From Thermoplasmata archaeon (GTDB taxonomy: Archaea > Thermoplasmatota > Thermoplasmata > WALJ01), in NCBI GenBank assembly GCA_027006785.1, contig JALTFR010000032.1, positions 544 through 64,543 of the forward strand: a stretch of 64,000 bases of DNA, in the 5' to 3' direction. A program made the position numbers and the translations under genes. Each line of letters opens with the position of its first letter. Positions within the stretch are counted from its first letter, which is position 1. Below the pieces are notes generated by a model, which did no database searches, had not been told where the DNA came from, and was given only the letters and a program-made list of their open reading frames with translations. Below, piece by piece: positions 1 to 8,567 of this stretch.

Positions 1-1
1 T

Positions 2-832
2 TTCACGCCTTTTCAGCTCTTTCTCCCTTCTCTTTATCTCTTCTTCCATCTCTTCGAGATTCTTCCTCTCCTCTCTGAGGGCATCCATGTCGCTTTCTAT
101 TTTCTTCTCCATCTTGAGAACTCTTTCCTCTCTTTTCACGTGCTCTTCTATCTCCCTCTCGAGACGGCGTCTGACCCTTTCGTTCTTGTCTTCCATATCT
201 CTCAGGGTTGCCCAGGATTCATCCAGTCTGGCTTTCTCATCATCAATCTCTTTTTTTCTTCTTATAAGCTCTATTTCCAGTTCTTCAACATCTTTTTCTT
301 TTTTTCTCAGCCTTTCCTCTCTCTCCCGGAGCTCACTCTCCAGTCTGTTCAGCTCCCTACGCTCCCTTTCAAGGTCCTCTTTCTCATAATCCCTGCGAAC
401 TGCAACTATACGTTCTATTCCATCTCCCTCATCATCCACAACTACCTTTCTTGATACTCTCCCGCCTTCTCTTAGAACGTCATCCCTTCTGTATGTTGCG
501 GCCCAGTCCGAGAATATCTTCTGCAGGTATGCGACATCTATGGATGAGCTGCGGTATGAATAGGTGAACACCTCTATAACGGTATCCGCATCCATGGAAT
601 CTTCAACTATAGAGGATATGGCCTCATCTCCAAAGAGTTCCTCCTGTCCGTGATAATATGCCATAGGGCACCTTTTACCCTTAATCACAAGGAAGCCTTC
701 GGCAACTTTATCCGAGACAGAGGTAGTCTTGACATATCCTTCAAAGTCATCCGGCAGGTCATCAAAGATATTTCGGAGCGCATCGAAACCTCCAAAGGAG
801 CTTCTTATCATTTTTCCGGTGGGCAGCCTCAT
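2..832 (-). CDS. DUF2226-like N-terminal domain plus long charged coiled coil (partial, runs off left edge)
   Basis: Open frame from ATG at 832 (MRLPTGKMIRSSF...FEGYVK...GDEAISSIVE...IEVFTY) continues into an E/K/R-rich helix to the window edge. It is absent from the ORF track because there is no stop codon in the window. The LPxG / FxGY / GDEA pattern resembles DUF2226. Confidence 0.7.
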   Translation of the reverse strand, partial: MRLPTGKMIRSSFGGFDALRNIFDDLPDDFEGYVKTTSVSDKVAEGFLVIKGKRCPMAYYHGQEELFGDEAISSIVEDSMDADTVIEVFTYSYRSSSIDVAYLQKIFSDWAATYRRDDVLREGGRVSRKVVVDDEGDGIERIVAVRRDYEKEDLERERRELNRLESELREREERLRKKEKDVEELEIELIRRKKEIDDEKARLDESWATLRDMEDKNERVRRRLEREIEEHVKREERVLKMEKKIESDMDALREERKNLEEMEEEIKRREKELKRRE

Positions 833-895
833 GGCAGCTGAATGGGATTGACTTATAATATACTTTACCCCAGGGGCTAGCTCTGAGGGAAAGAG

Positions 896-903
896 TTTTA
901 TAC
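896..903 (+). promoter_or_regulatory. TATA box of rpl7ae operon
   Basis: TTTTATAC preceded by purine-rich GAAAGAG, about 25 nt upstream of the structured leader. Confidence 0.55.
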
Positions 904-927
904 AGGTGGGAAGTAGGTGACATCTCA

Positions 928-964
928 CCTGTGAATGATGCGGCTGAAAGGCCACACAGGAGGT
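928..964 (+). promoter_or_regulatory. Putative L7Ae-binding K-turn / Shine-Dalgarno-sequestering 5' UTR element
   Basis: CCTGTG(928-933)/CACAGG(955-960) stem encloses box C-like ATGATG and box D CTGA; the 3' arm overlaps the SD AGGAGGT (958-964) of rpl7ae. Confidence 0.65.
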
Positions 965-970
965 AATAAA

Positions 971-1339
971 ATGGCAGCAATATTTGTAAGATTCGAAACA
1001 CCGAAGGAACTGGCGGACAAGATCTACAAAGCAGTGGAACTTGCCAGAGATACAGGAAAGATAAGGAAGGGATCCAACGAGGTCACAAAGATAGTCGAGA
1101 GAGGAGAGGCAGCCTTCGTCGTTATGGCAGAGGATGTTTCACCACCCGAGATACTGGCGCACATGCCCCTTCTCTGCGAGGAGAAGTCCGTGCCATACGG
1201 ATATGTTCCCGAGAAACTGAATCTCGGGCTTTCCGCAGGAATAAAGAAAGGCACAGCCTCCATAGCCATAACCGAGCCGGGAAAGGCGGCAGAGCTCCTG
1301 AAGGAGATATCTGCAGAGATCGAGAAGCTCAGGAAGTAA
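971..1339 (+). CDS. rpl7ae: 50S ribosomal protein L7Ae
   Basis: [38 protein letters not shown] motifs; ATG 971 follows SD. Confidence 0.97.
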   Translation: MAAIFVRFETPKELADKIYKAVELARDTGKIRKGSNEVTKIVERGEAAFVVMAEDVSPPEILAHMPLLCEEKSVPYGYVPEKLNLGLSAGIKKGTASIAITEPGKAAELLKEISAEIEKLRK

Positions 1340-1351
1340 AGAGGGATTCAA

Positions 1352-1564
1352 TTGGGCGAAGATAACGGAATTCCGGTTGAAGTGGTCGAACTCATCGGCA
1401 GGACCGGGATGACAGGCGAGGCCATGCAGGTCAAGGTCCGTGTTCTGGACGGAAGGGACAAGGGAAGGATAATCACCCGCAATGTCATGGGCCCTGTTCA
1501 GGTCGGCGACATACTCATGCTCAAAGAGACCGCCAGAGAGGCCAAGAAGATGAGGCCGAGGTGA
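1352..1564 (+). CDS. rps28e: 30S ribosomal protein S28e
   Basis: [42 protein letters not shown]; TTG start. Confidence 0.97.
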   Translation: MGEDNGIPVEVVELIGRTGMTGEAMQVKVRVLDGRDKGRIITRNVMGPVQVGDILMLKETAREAKKMRPR

Positions 1565-1568
1565 TTTA

Positions 1569-1877
1569 ATGGTCGATAGAAGAGTCTGCTCTTTCTGCGG
1601 AAAGGAGATCGAACCCGGCACAGGCCGCATGTATGTCAGAAAGGATGGCAGTGTGCTCTATTTCTGCAGCAGTAAGTGCTACAAGAACATGATAGAGCTC
1701 AAGAGAGTTCCCAGAAGAGTCACATGGACTGCCGAATATGAGAAGGAAAAGAAGGTTCGAACCAGCTCAAAGGAAGAAGAGAAGAAGCCAGAGAAGAAAT
1801 CATTGAAGAAGATTAAAAAATCTGTCAAATCAAGTGGTGAAAAGCCAGAGAAAGGCGGAAATAAAAAGAAGGAATAG
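1569..1877 (+). CDS. rpl24e: 50S ribosomal protein L24e with Lys/Glu-rich C-terminal tail
   Basis: [31 protein letters not shown]. Confidence 0.97.
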   Translation: MVDRRVCSFCGKEIEPGTGRMYVRKDGSVLYFCSSKCYKNMIELKRVPRRVTWTAEYEKEKKVRTSSKEEEKKPEKKSLKKIKKSVKSSGEKPEKGGNKKKE

Positions 1878-1879
1878 AG

Positions 1880-2329
1880 ATGGAAAGAACCTTTGTGATG
1901 CTCAAGCCGGATGCGGTTTCCAGGGGACTCATGGGCGAGATAATCTCCCGTCTCGAGAAAAAGGGACTTAAGATGCTTGCCGCCAGATTCATGAAGATAA
2001 CCCCTGATATCGCATCCAGGCACTATGCGGAGCATGTGAACAAACCCTTTTACCCGAAACTTCTGAATTTTATAACCTCCGGCCCGGTACTCGCAATGGT
2101 ATGGGAAGGAGAGGATGCCGTATCCGTCGTGAGAACAGTGGTTGGTAAAACAGACCCGAAGGAGGCGGCCCCGGGAACAATAAGAGGCGACTACGGCATG
2201 ATAAAGACCATGAACCTGATACACGCATCGGATTCCACCGAAAGTGCGGAGCGTGAGATTTCCATATTTTTCTCTCCGCAGGAGCTGGTAGAGTGGAAAA
2301 GGGCGGATGAGGAGTGGCTTTCCTTCTAA
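1880..2329 (+). CDS. ndk: Nucleoside diphosphate kinase
   Basis: ERTFVMLKPD, GTIRGDYG, NLIHASDS (catalytic His). Confidence 0.98.
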   Translation: MERTFVMLKPDAVSRGLMGEIISRLEKKGLKMLAARFMKITPDIASRHYAEHVNKPFYPKLLNFITSGPVLAMVWEGEDAVSVVRTVVGKTDPKEAAPGTIRGDYGMIKTMNLIHASDSTESAEREISIFFSPQELVEWKRADEEWLSF

Positions 2330-2398
2330 GAATATGGAGAAATGGGAAAAATTAAATACCACGATTCTCTTAATCCCTCATAAAGCAGGGGGACAAAT

Positions 2399-2752
2399 GT
2401 GAAAAGCAGCATGTATGAGGGCCTCTTCAGAGCCCTCAAGAAAGAGAAGGTACGAGCCTGCGTGATATCGTCAAGGCGAGGCACACCGATAGCGTGGTAT
2501 GGAATAGAAAGGAAGAAGATAGATACAATATCAACCCTCTCGGCTGCCATGTACGGGGCCTCTCTCGTCCTCCACAGGGAAAGTGAACTCCCATCGCCAG
2601 ACATTGTCATGTCGGATTCGGATGACAAGGTCTTCATGATAAAGGGAATGAAGAACGGCAATATACTGGCGGTTATAGGCGAGGGAGATCAGAAGAAGAT
2701 TATGAAGGATATGAACAGAGTTATAGATGAATTCGGAGGTGCAGGTCTATGA
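2399..2752 (+). CDS. Roadblock/LC7 (MglB-like) domain protein
   Basis: 117 aa with ACVISSRRGTPIA...STLSAAMYGAS...MSDSDDKVFMI...NILAVIG, the typical roadblock pattern; GTG start. Confidence 0.75.
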   Translation: MKSSMYEGLFRALKKEKVRACVISSRRGTPIAWYGIERKKIDTISTLSAAMYGASLVLHRESELPSPDIVMSDSDDKVFMIKGMKNGNILAVIGEGDQKKIMKDMNRVIDEFGGAGL

Positions 2753-4278
2753 AAGAGGTCAATATACCGGGTGAAATAAGAAGGTTTTTCGAACTGAAAG
2801 GCAGCAGGTCGCTCCTGATAAAAGGGCCGGCAGGCACAGGTAAAACCACCTTGGCTCTTCAGATAATGGAGGATCTTGGCAACCCCAGTTCCAGCTTTTA
2901 TCTCACGACAAGAGTCTCTGACGAGTCCCTTTTCCAGCAGTTTCCATGGCTGAGGGATGAGGAAAGGAGGAGAAAGGTGGTGGATGCAGGAAAAGTGCTT
3001 CTCGAGGCACTCTACGGGAAGAAAAAAGAGCCTGAACTGCCGCCCGAGGCAAGTGAGACTATAGGTGTTGCAAAGAAATTCCTGAAGAACATAACCGAGA
3101 CCGATATACCCGAAAAAGTAGACAGGACCTATCTTAACAGAGTTTTCTCGAAATATGGCAGAATTCCTGAGATTGAATACACCTATGACCGCATAGATAC
3201 CATGCTTCCCGAGAGAACAATGGTGGTCATAGACAGTGTGGAGGGAATCACACACAAATACTCTGTTGACCCCGAGGATTTCATCATGATGCTTCAGAAG
3301 GACCTTGTGGAGTCTTCCAACACCAATGTGGTCTTCGTCCTTGAGAAGAATGAAGCGCCCGAACTGGAATATCTCGTTGATGGTGTGGTAAATCTCCATG
3401 CCGAATCGGAGAACTCGAAGAGAATACGCGAGATAAGCCTTGAAAAGCTGAGGTCGATAAAGATAGAACAGCCGAAGTACGTATTCACACTCAACAGAGG
3501 GAAGTTCAGGAGCTTTGACATATCTGACAGTACTTCTGATAAGAAAAGCAGGGAATGGAAGCCGTGCACTGAAAAAGAAGGGATGTACAGCACGGGAATA
3601 TCAGACCTTGACAGGATTCTCGGGGGCGGATATCGCAAAGGAAGCTATAATGCGCTGGAACTGGACCCAAATGTTTCTCTTGAGGATTTCTATCTCATCG
3701 TCCGACCGATATGGATGAACTTTGTACTTCAGAAGAGAGGCATTGTGGCAGTACCCGTAGGTGGTGACACATCGGAGCACATAATACAAGACGCCATGCA
3801 CTTTCTGGGAAAGGAGAAGGCGCACTCCCTTGCTGAGAACTATATAAGAATAGTAGATTATTTTTCGGAAGAGTCCGAGAGTCCATTTGTCATGCCCATG
3901 GCAGGAAAGGACACAGATGAGATAATACGTCTCTATACCGAGAATCTGCAGCACATAAGGGGCCCTGAGAACCGGCCGATAATGGACTATGTCGGTTTCG
4001 ACACCATAGAGTATCTGAGAGGAGACAACATCGCTATAAAGGACCTGCTTTCAACAGTATCCAGAACCAAGAGGTCAGATGACATAGGCCTCTGTGTCGT
4101 ACGTCCGGGCCTGAAACTTACCCAGGAGATAATGAACCTTTCAGATACCTACATAAGGCTATTTGTAAAGGACAGGGTACTCTTTATCTACGGCATAAAG
4201 CCAAAGACGGGCATGTATGTCGTTATAGTGGATGAAGAGCGCGGTCTTCCACACATACGTCTGGAACCCATGGTCTAA
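2749..4278 (+). CDS. GvpD-like double-domain RecA/KaiC-superfamily ATPase
   Basis: N-terminal Walker A GPAGTGKTT and Walker B VVIDS; second domain STGISDLDRILGGG has a degenerate P-loop; ATGA overlap with roadblock gene. Confidence 0.85.
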   Translation: MKEVNIPGEIRRFFELKGSRSLLIKGPAGTGKTTLALQIMEDLGNPSSSFYLTTRVSDESLFQQFPWLRDEERRRKVVDAGKVLLEALYGKKKEPELPPEASETIGVAKKFLKNITETDIPEKVDRTYLNRVFSKYGRIPEIEYTYDRIDTMLPERTMVVIDSVEGITHKYSVDPEDFIMMLQKDLVESSNTNVVFVLEKNEAPELEYLVDGVVNLHAESENSKRIREISLEKLRSIKIEQPKYVFTLNRGKFRSFDISDSTSDKKSREWKPCTEKEGMYSTGISDLDRILGGGYRKGSYNALELDPNVSLEDFYLIVRPIWMNFVLQKRGIVAVPVGGDTSEHIIQDAMHFLGKEKAHSLAENYIRIVDYFSEESESPFVMPMAGKDTDEIIRLYTENLQHIRGPENRPIMDYVGFDTIEYLRGDNIAIKDLLSTVSRTKRSDDIGLCVVRPGLKLTQEIMNLSDTYIRLFVKDRVLFIYGIKPKTGMYVVIVDEERGLPHIRLEPMV

Positions 4279-4291
4279 AAACAAATCTCAA

Positions 4292-4298
4292 TTTTTTT
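4292..4298 (+). terminator. Oligo-T terminator between convergent operons
   Basis: T7 run 14 nt after the stop at 4278. Confidence 0.4.
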
Positions 4299-4305
4299 AT
4301 TCTTA

Positions 4306-4848
4306 TTATTTTTTCTTTTTTAGGTTCTTCAGTTCTTCCACCATTTTTTCCCGGATATAAGGTGGAAGTATCACATAATTCGGCTGTTTGCTCAGGTCCA
4401 GAGGAGGATTCATGAAATCATCCTTTGATTTGAAGCCTGCTTTTCTGAAGAAAGAGGAACCTTCGCGGGTAAGAGGTTTTGTTATCATGTATCCGTTCAC
4501 TTCTTTCAATGCCAGAAGCAGGAGCATCCGGCCTATGCCTTTTTTTCTCAGCTCGGGATGGACTTCAATGGCTCTGAGTACATATACCGGCATCCCATTA
4601 TATGCGCTCTCTGTCCATTCCTCCACATACACCCACCCTAACACAAGCGTCTCCTTCATAGCCACTATAAGCACCGGTCTGGGAAACCTTCGGAGCCACA
4701 TCTTGAATGCCAGATCATAGCCGACTATGCCGAGGCCGTGGAAGAAATCAAAACCGCCCTCTTCCTCGGGAATCTCGAGTTTATCCACCTCTCGTGCATT
4801 TTCAATCTTGTAATAAGATATGTTTCCGCTTTTCAGAAGTTCCTTCAA
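4306..4848 (-). CDS. GNAT family N-acetyltransferase
   Basis: IEVHPELRKKGIGRMLL acetyl-CoA motif; FFRKAGF. Confidence 0.85.
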   Translation of the reverse strand: MKELLKSGNISYYKIENAREVDKLEIPEEEGGFDFFHGLGIVGYDLAFKMWLRRFPRPVLIVAMKETLVLGWVYVEEWTESAYNGMPVYVLRAIEVHPELRKKGIGRMLLLLALKEVNGYMITKPLTREGSSFFRKAGFKSKDDFMNPPLDLSKQPNYVILPPYIREKMVEELKNLKKKK

Positions 4849-4879
4849 AATCTCACCACAAAAGTGGAAGAAAAGGGGT

Positions 4880-5488
4880 TTATTCGGTGTACACTATCCA
4901 GACGCTGGCGTTGTTCCTCATTATCATGTTCAGCATAGTCTGACTTATGCCCGCTTTTTCCAGAAGTATAGGGAGCCACTCGTCCGGAGCTATTTTTTTG
5001 GTTCCGTCAGGGGCTACGGTTGCAATATGTGCAACTCTCAGTTGCTTTCCCTCAACCTTTATCCTTTTAGCCATCTCTGCCCTGTATGTCTGGATGATGA
5101 TGTCCTGACTGTCTATGGCACCGGGTTTTACCGTTGAGTTATAGTATTCTGCGACCTCGTAGTGTATGCTTGCAAAGTTCCCTATCCTTTTGGTGTACTC
5201 CTGCCACCCTCTCAGGAAAGGAGATTCGACAGTCACAACACAGTGTTTTGTGGGCATTTCAACCTCTTCAAAGGTGGAGAGAGCAGAATCTCCGTTCTTC
5301 AGCGCATCGACAAAGTCTTCCCAGCTTTCGTACTCCTCTTCCGGCATGCTCCTTGCCAGTGCTGCCGCCAGGCTCATCAAGTATGTGTTCATTCCTGCGG
5401 CACCCTGTTTGTCCGCTATGTCCTCAAGGAAGAGGTAGGCTGCAACATCAACCAGCGGGTTGTCCTTCACAAGGTCCTTCTTTCTCAT
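4880..5488 (-). CDS. V4R/methanogen-output-domain-like protein, Cys-depleted paralogue
   Basis: Aligns along its length with 5485-6114 (DVA..D..K.G..G..Y....LAR.M..E.Y..W..F..AL..G). Confidence 0.65.
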   Translation of the reverse strand: MRKKDLVKDNPLVDVAAYLFLEDIADKQGAAGMNTYLMSLAAALARSMPEEEYESWEDFVDALKNGDSALSTFEEVEMPTKHCVVTVESPFLRGWQEYTKRIGNFASIHYEVAEYYNSTVKPGAIDSQDIIIQTYRAEMAKRIKVEGKQLRVAHIATVAPDGTKKIAPDEWLPILLEKAGISQTMLNMIMRNNASVWIVYTE

Positions 5489-6114
5489 TCTTCTTCCTCC
5501 TCACCTTTGAGCCTTGCTCCGTGCATGATTATCGCATAAACGCAGGCATAGTTCCTGAGCAGGCTTCTGACATATTCCTCATTCACTCCTATCTTCTTCA
5601 GGTTCGGCTTGTCTATCTTCGTTTCTCCGGTGAAGCCTCTGTCAGCCAGCTGATAGGATTCCAGCTGCTGGCCGGCTACTGTTATATTTTTTGCCACCTC
5701 GTCCCTGAACTTCTGGTGTATCACGCAGAAGTTGCAGACAGCCGTGTCCCTTATGCTGTTGTTGTACTCCTCAGCCACAAGGCGGTCGGCCTCGGGAACC
5801 TCTCCGACGCTGTACCTTATCCTCGTTATCGTCGGGTTGAACACACACTCGCGGAGCGCGTATATGTAGCCGACCACATCTCCGTCCACATCCGTTATCG
5901 CAAGGTCCGTAAGGGCGGTCACATCCCCCTCTATGGAGAATGCGGTCCTCCCTTCCCTGAGAGCCACATTGAAGGAGGGCCATCCCATGTAGGCTTCCTT
6001 GCCCATCCTTCTGGCCAGGTTCTCGCCGACCCTCAGCCAGTACTGTATCGTTCCTTCTACTCCTGCCTTCTCGCTCATGTCCTGGATGAGCGATACAAGC
6101 GCCACATCAAGCAT
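5485..6114 (-). CDS. V4R/methanogen-output-domain-like protein, Cys-rich paralogue
   Basis: VGENLARRMG, RECVF, VCNFCVIH, YACVY; Cys spacing resembles V4R-clan small-ligand/metal-binding domains. Confidence 0.65.
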   Translation of the reverse strand: MLDVALVSLIQDMSEKAGVEGTIQYWLRVGENLARRMGKEAYMGWPSFNVALREGRTAFSIEGDVTALTDLAITDVDGDVVGYIYALRECVFNPTITRIRYSVGEVPEADRLVAEEYNNSIRDTAVCNFCVIHQKFRDEVAKNITVAGQQLESYQLADRGFTGETKIDKPNLKKIGVNEEYVRSLLRNYACVYAIIMHGARLKGEEEEE

Positions 6115-7753
6115 CTTTTTCGCCTCCTTTTTCTTCTTTCTTCACATATATCGTATACCTTCCTCTGGTCGTTTTGTCCAGTCGTCCTTCTTCGACAAGC
6201 ATATTCACAATATTCTCCACATCTTCACCTTTCATGCTTTTAGCCAGGGCCTTTTTCAGTCTGTTGATGGTGCATCCGCGCTCCGGTATTGCATCCAGTA
6301 TTCTGGCACTCATCTCTTCCGCCATTTCAGAGGATTCGACATCTTTCTCCGCTATGTCTCCTGCTTTAACGGGTTTTTCTCCGGTATCTATCTTAGTGAC
6401 AGGGAAAAACCTGCGGGTCCTGCCCTTTTTATCCTCTATGATAAGACCTTTCTTAATAAGCGAAGAAAGTATGTCATCGAGAGGAGAGGATATGAATGAA
6501 AGAACCAGTTTTTTCAGTTTAGTATAACTGATTCCATCCGAAGGCACCGCCGAAGAAACAAAACGCTCCTCTTCGCTCAAAGATTGAGAATCTTCAGTTT
6601 CACGAGTTCCTGTTTTCCCCTTTACTGCTTTACCACTTTTTCCCGATTCCACACCGTCCAATCTTTTTGAGATGGCCTCTATGGTGATAGCGTTCTCTTT
6701 AAGGGACTCTTGCACTGAGTTCAAGGAGACGGAATACTCCTCGCGCAGGCTGTTCAAAGCTCTCTCAAGAGAATCCAGTCTGGAATCCCTTCTGGAAAGT
6801 TCGTCCATCAGTATTTTTTCTGTCTCTTCTTTCAACCTATTTTCCAGCTGAGCTATTCTTTCTGCCTGTGATGAGAGGCCAGAGACGGTGGAGGACAGCA
6901 TAGTATCTATTCTGGATATCCTTTCTTCCATCATCTCCATGCGCTCCAGAAGACTTGTTGTTTTGTCCACGGTGTATTCCTGACTCTTCAGTTTTATCAT
7001 GGCCTTGAAGTTCTTTGGCTTGTATGAAGGTACATGCTCGCTGAGTGCTTTTATAAGCGCCTCGTAGGTGTCCTGAAGCTGTTTTGCCGATATCATACCT
7101 CTCTTTATGTTCTTTGCAACGTCTCTGGTGCGTATGAATCTTCCATCGTAATAGAACATCTCGCTTCCGCTGGTCTCAAGTCTTATTCTCTCGAGAGTGT
7201 CAATTATGATGTTCTCCGCTCCCGGTCCGAATTCCTTCCACAGGTTCATGCTCAGGTCCTTAAGAGTTGTGTCATAGACGATTTCAAGTATGTTCGGAGG
7301 TATCTTTGTGACATCTATTATCTCGCCGAAGCCGGTCTCTTCCATGACAGAGAGTAGTTTTTTGTTCATCTTCAGCATATCTTTTTTCAGGAGTTTCATT
7401 CTGGTATTGTCAACTTTGCTTTCAAGTTCCTTCATGAGCTCATCATTCTTCCCCACCACAAAGTCGGTGAACTCCTTTATCTTCGTCATCAGCCTTTCGT
7501 CTTCCTCCTTGAGATGTGCTATTTCAGACTCTAAAACATCCATTCTCTCAAGAACATCTCTCTTCCAGTTCTCAAGGTCGGCCAGATCCGAGCTTTTTGC
7601 TCTTTTTTCCACCTCTTTCTTAAGTTCTTCCAGTTCCTTCAGAAAATCAGGTCCTTCTCCCTTTTCAAGGCCTTCCGGCGCATATTCCTCGCTGTTTTCA
7701 GGGCTTTTTTCCTCGATCACAGGTCCTTTTTCTATCTCAATTTCTTCCGTCAT
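6107..7753 (-). CDS. Coiled-coil protein with two C-terminal winged-helix-like domains
   Basis: Start placed at ATG 7753 (MTEEIEIEK). Two long heptad segments; C-terminal repeats ...LSSLIKKGLIIEDKKGRTRRFF and ...VNMLVEEGRLDKTTRGRYTIY. Confidence 0.75.
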   Translation of the reverse strand: MTEEIEIEKGPVIEEKSPENSEEYAPEGLEKGEGPDFLKELEELKKEVEKRAKSSDLADLENWKRDVLERMDVLESEIAHLKEEDERLMTKIKEFTDFVVGKNDELMKELESKVDNTRMKLLKKDMLKMNKKLLSVMEETGFGEIIDVTKIPPNILEIVYDTTLKDLSMNLWKEFGPGAENIIIDTLERIRLETSGSEMFYYDGRFIRTRDVAKNIKRGMISAKQLQDTYEALIKALSEHVPSYKPKNFKAMIKLKSQEYTVDKTTSLLERMEMMEERISRIDTMLSSTVSGLSSQAERIAQLENRLKEETEKILMDELSRRDSRLDSLERALNSLREEYSVSLNSVQESLKENAITIEAISKRLDGVESGKSGKAVKGKTGTRETEDSQSLSEEERFVSSAVPSDGISYTKLKKLVLSFISSPLDDILSSLIKKGLIIEDKKGRTRRFFPVTKIDTGEKPVKAGDIAEKDVESSEMAEEMSARILDAIPERGCTINRLKKALAKSMKGEDVENIVNMLVEEGRLDKTTRGRYTIYVKKEEKGGEKDA

Positions 7754-7757
7754 TCGA

Positions 7758-8567
7758 TCACATAAAGCTCCTGAGTTTCTTATCCAGTTCGGGCATCCAT
7801 GCCCGGTAGCATTCATCTGCCATTATCTCTCCACTCATGGCCTTAACATGCTTCTGGATGGCTTTTTCAAGGAACATCCTCCATAACTGGTCGGTCATGT
7901 AAGGGGCAGATGTCCCTATTTCATTGAAGGTAAGGGTTATTATTTCATCAACAGCACCGACACCCACAACGTCTTTCAGCTTATCCTTTATGAATTGAAG
8001 TATCTCCATGTTCTTTTTGTATTGTTTTGTCTGTTCAAAGCGCTCCACGAACAAAAGCCTGCTCAGTTTTCTCAGTTCGTCAGCCACATCTTTCGGATAT
8101 TTGTTCAGTATGTCCTCGTTTATGGGTTTCAGTTCCAGTATGTGTTTCATCACAGTGCTACCTTTCATGGACGTGCTGACAATATTCTGAAAATCCGCCG
8201 GCACTATTGGCCTTGAGAACTCAAGCGTCATGAATGCATTGTCACCCACACCTGCTATGACAACAGTCCCTTCTTTGTACTGTTCTATGGCTATTCTGAG
8301 GTTTTCTCTTCTTAACTGTCCGCATATGTGCTGCATATTGGCTTTCAGAAGGTTCAGCATGTAGAATTGTTTGGCATTAAGGTCTCTGGGTATAACGGAT
8401 GAGAATGTCCTTCCATCCACCCCCATGAGGAATATCATGTCGCAGCCTGCCTCGTCCTTCAGGCGCTTCAGTTCCATGCTCAGAAGGTGTTTAAGGAGTG
8501 CGACATTCTCGGCTTCGAGTCTTCGGTCCAGTGTTTTCCTCAGATTGGGTTCCATGCTATCACTCAT
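7758..8567 (-). CDS. Roadblock/longin-like N-terminal domain plus helical C-terminal domain
   Basis: CDMIFLMGVDGRTFSS...IAIEQYKEGTVVIAGVGDNAFMTL roadblock-like pattern; stop/start overlap with the KaiC gene. Confidence 0.6.
   Translation of the reverse strand: MSDSMEPNLRKTLDRRLEAENVALLKHLLSMELKRLKDEAGCDMIFLMGVDGRTFSSVIPRDLNAKQFYMLNLLKANMQHICGQLRRENLRIAIEQYKEGTVVIAGVGDNAFMTLEFSRPIVPADFQNIVSTSMKGSTVMKHILELKPINEDILNKYPKDVADELRKLSRLLFVERFEQTKQYKKNMEILQFIKDKLKDVVGVGAVDEIITLTFNEIGTSAPYMTDQLWRMFLEKAIQKHVKAMSGEIMADECYRAWMPELDKKLRSFM

Noticed and set aside
87-454. Ser/Phe/Leu-rich plus-strand ORFs
   Set aside because: Antisense shadows of the E/K/R-rich minus-strand gene
1760-1877. Lys/Glu-rich tail of L24e as a novel domain
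   Set aside because: Low-complexity tails on this protein are common and carry no motif
2749-4278. Gas vesicle gene cluster
   Set aside because: Only a GvpD-like ATPase is present; no gvpA/C/N/F/L genes in the window
5134-6243. 369-aa plus-strand ORF
   Set aside because: Shadow of the two V4R-like genes; no motif and atypical composition
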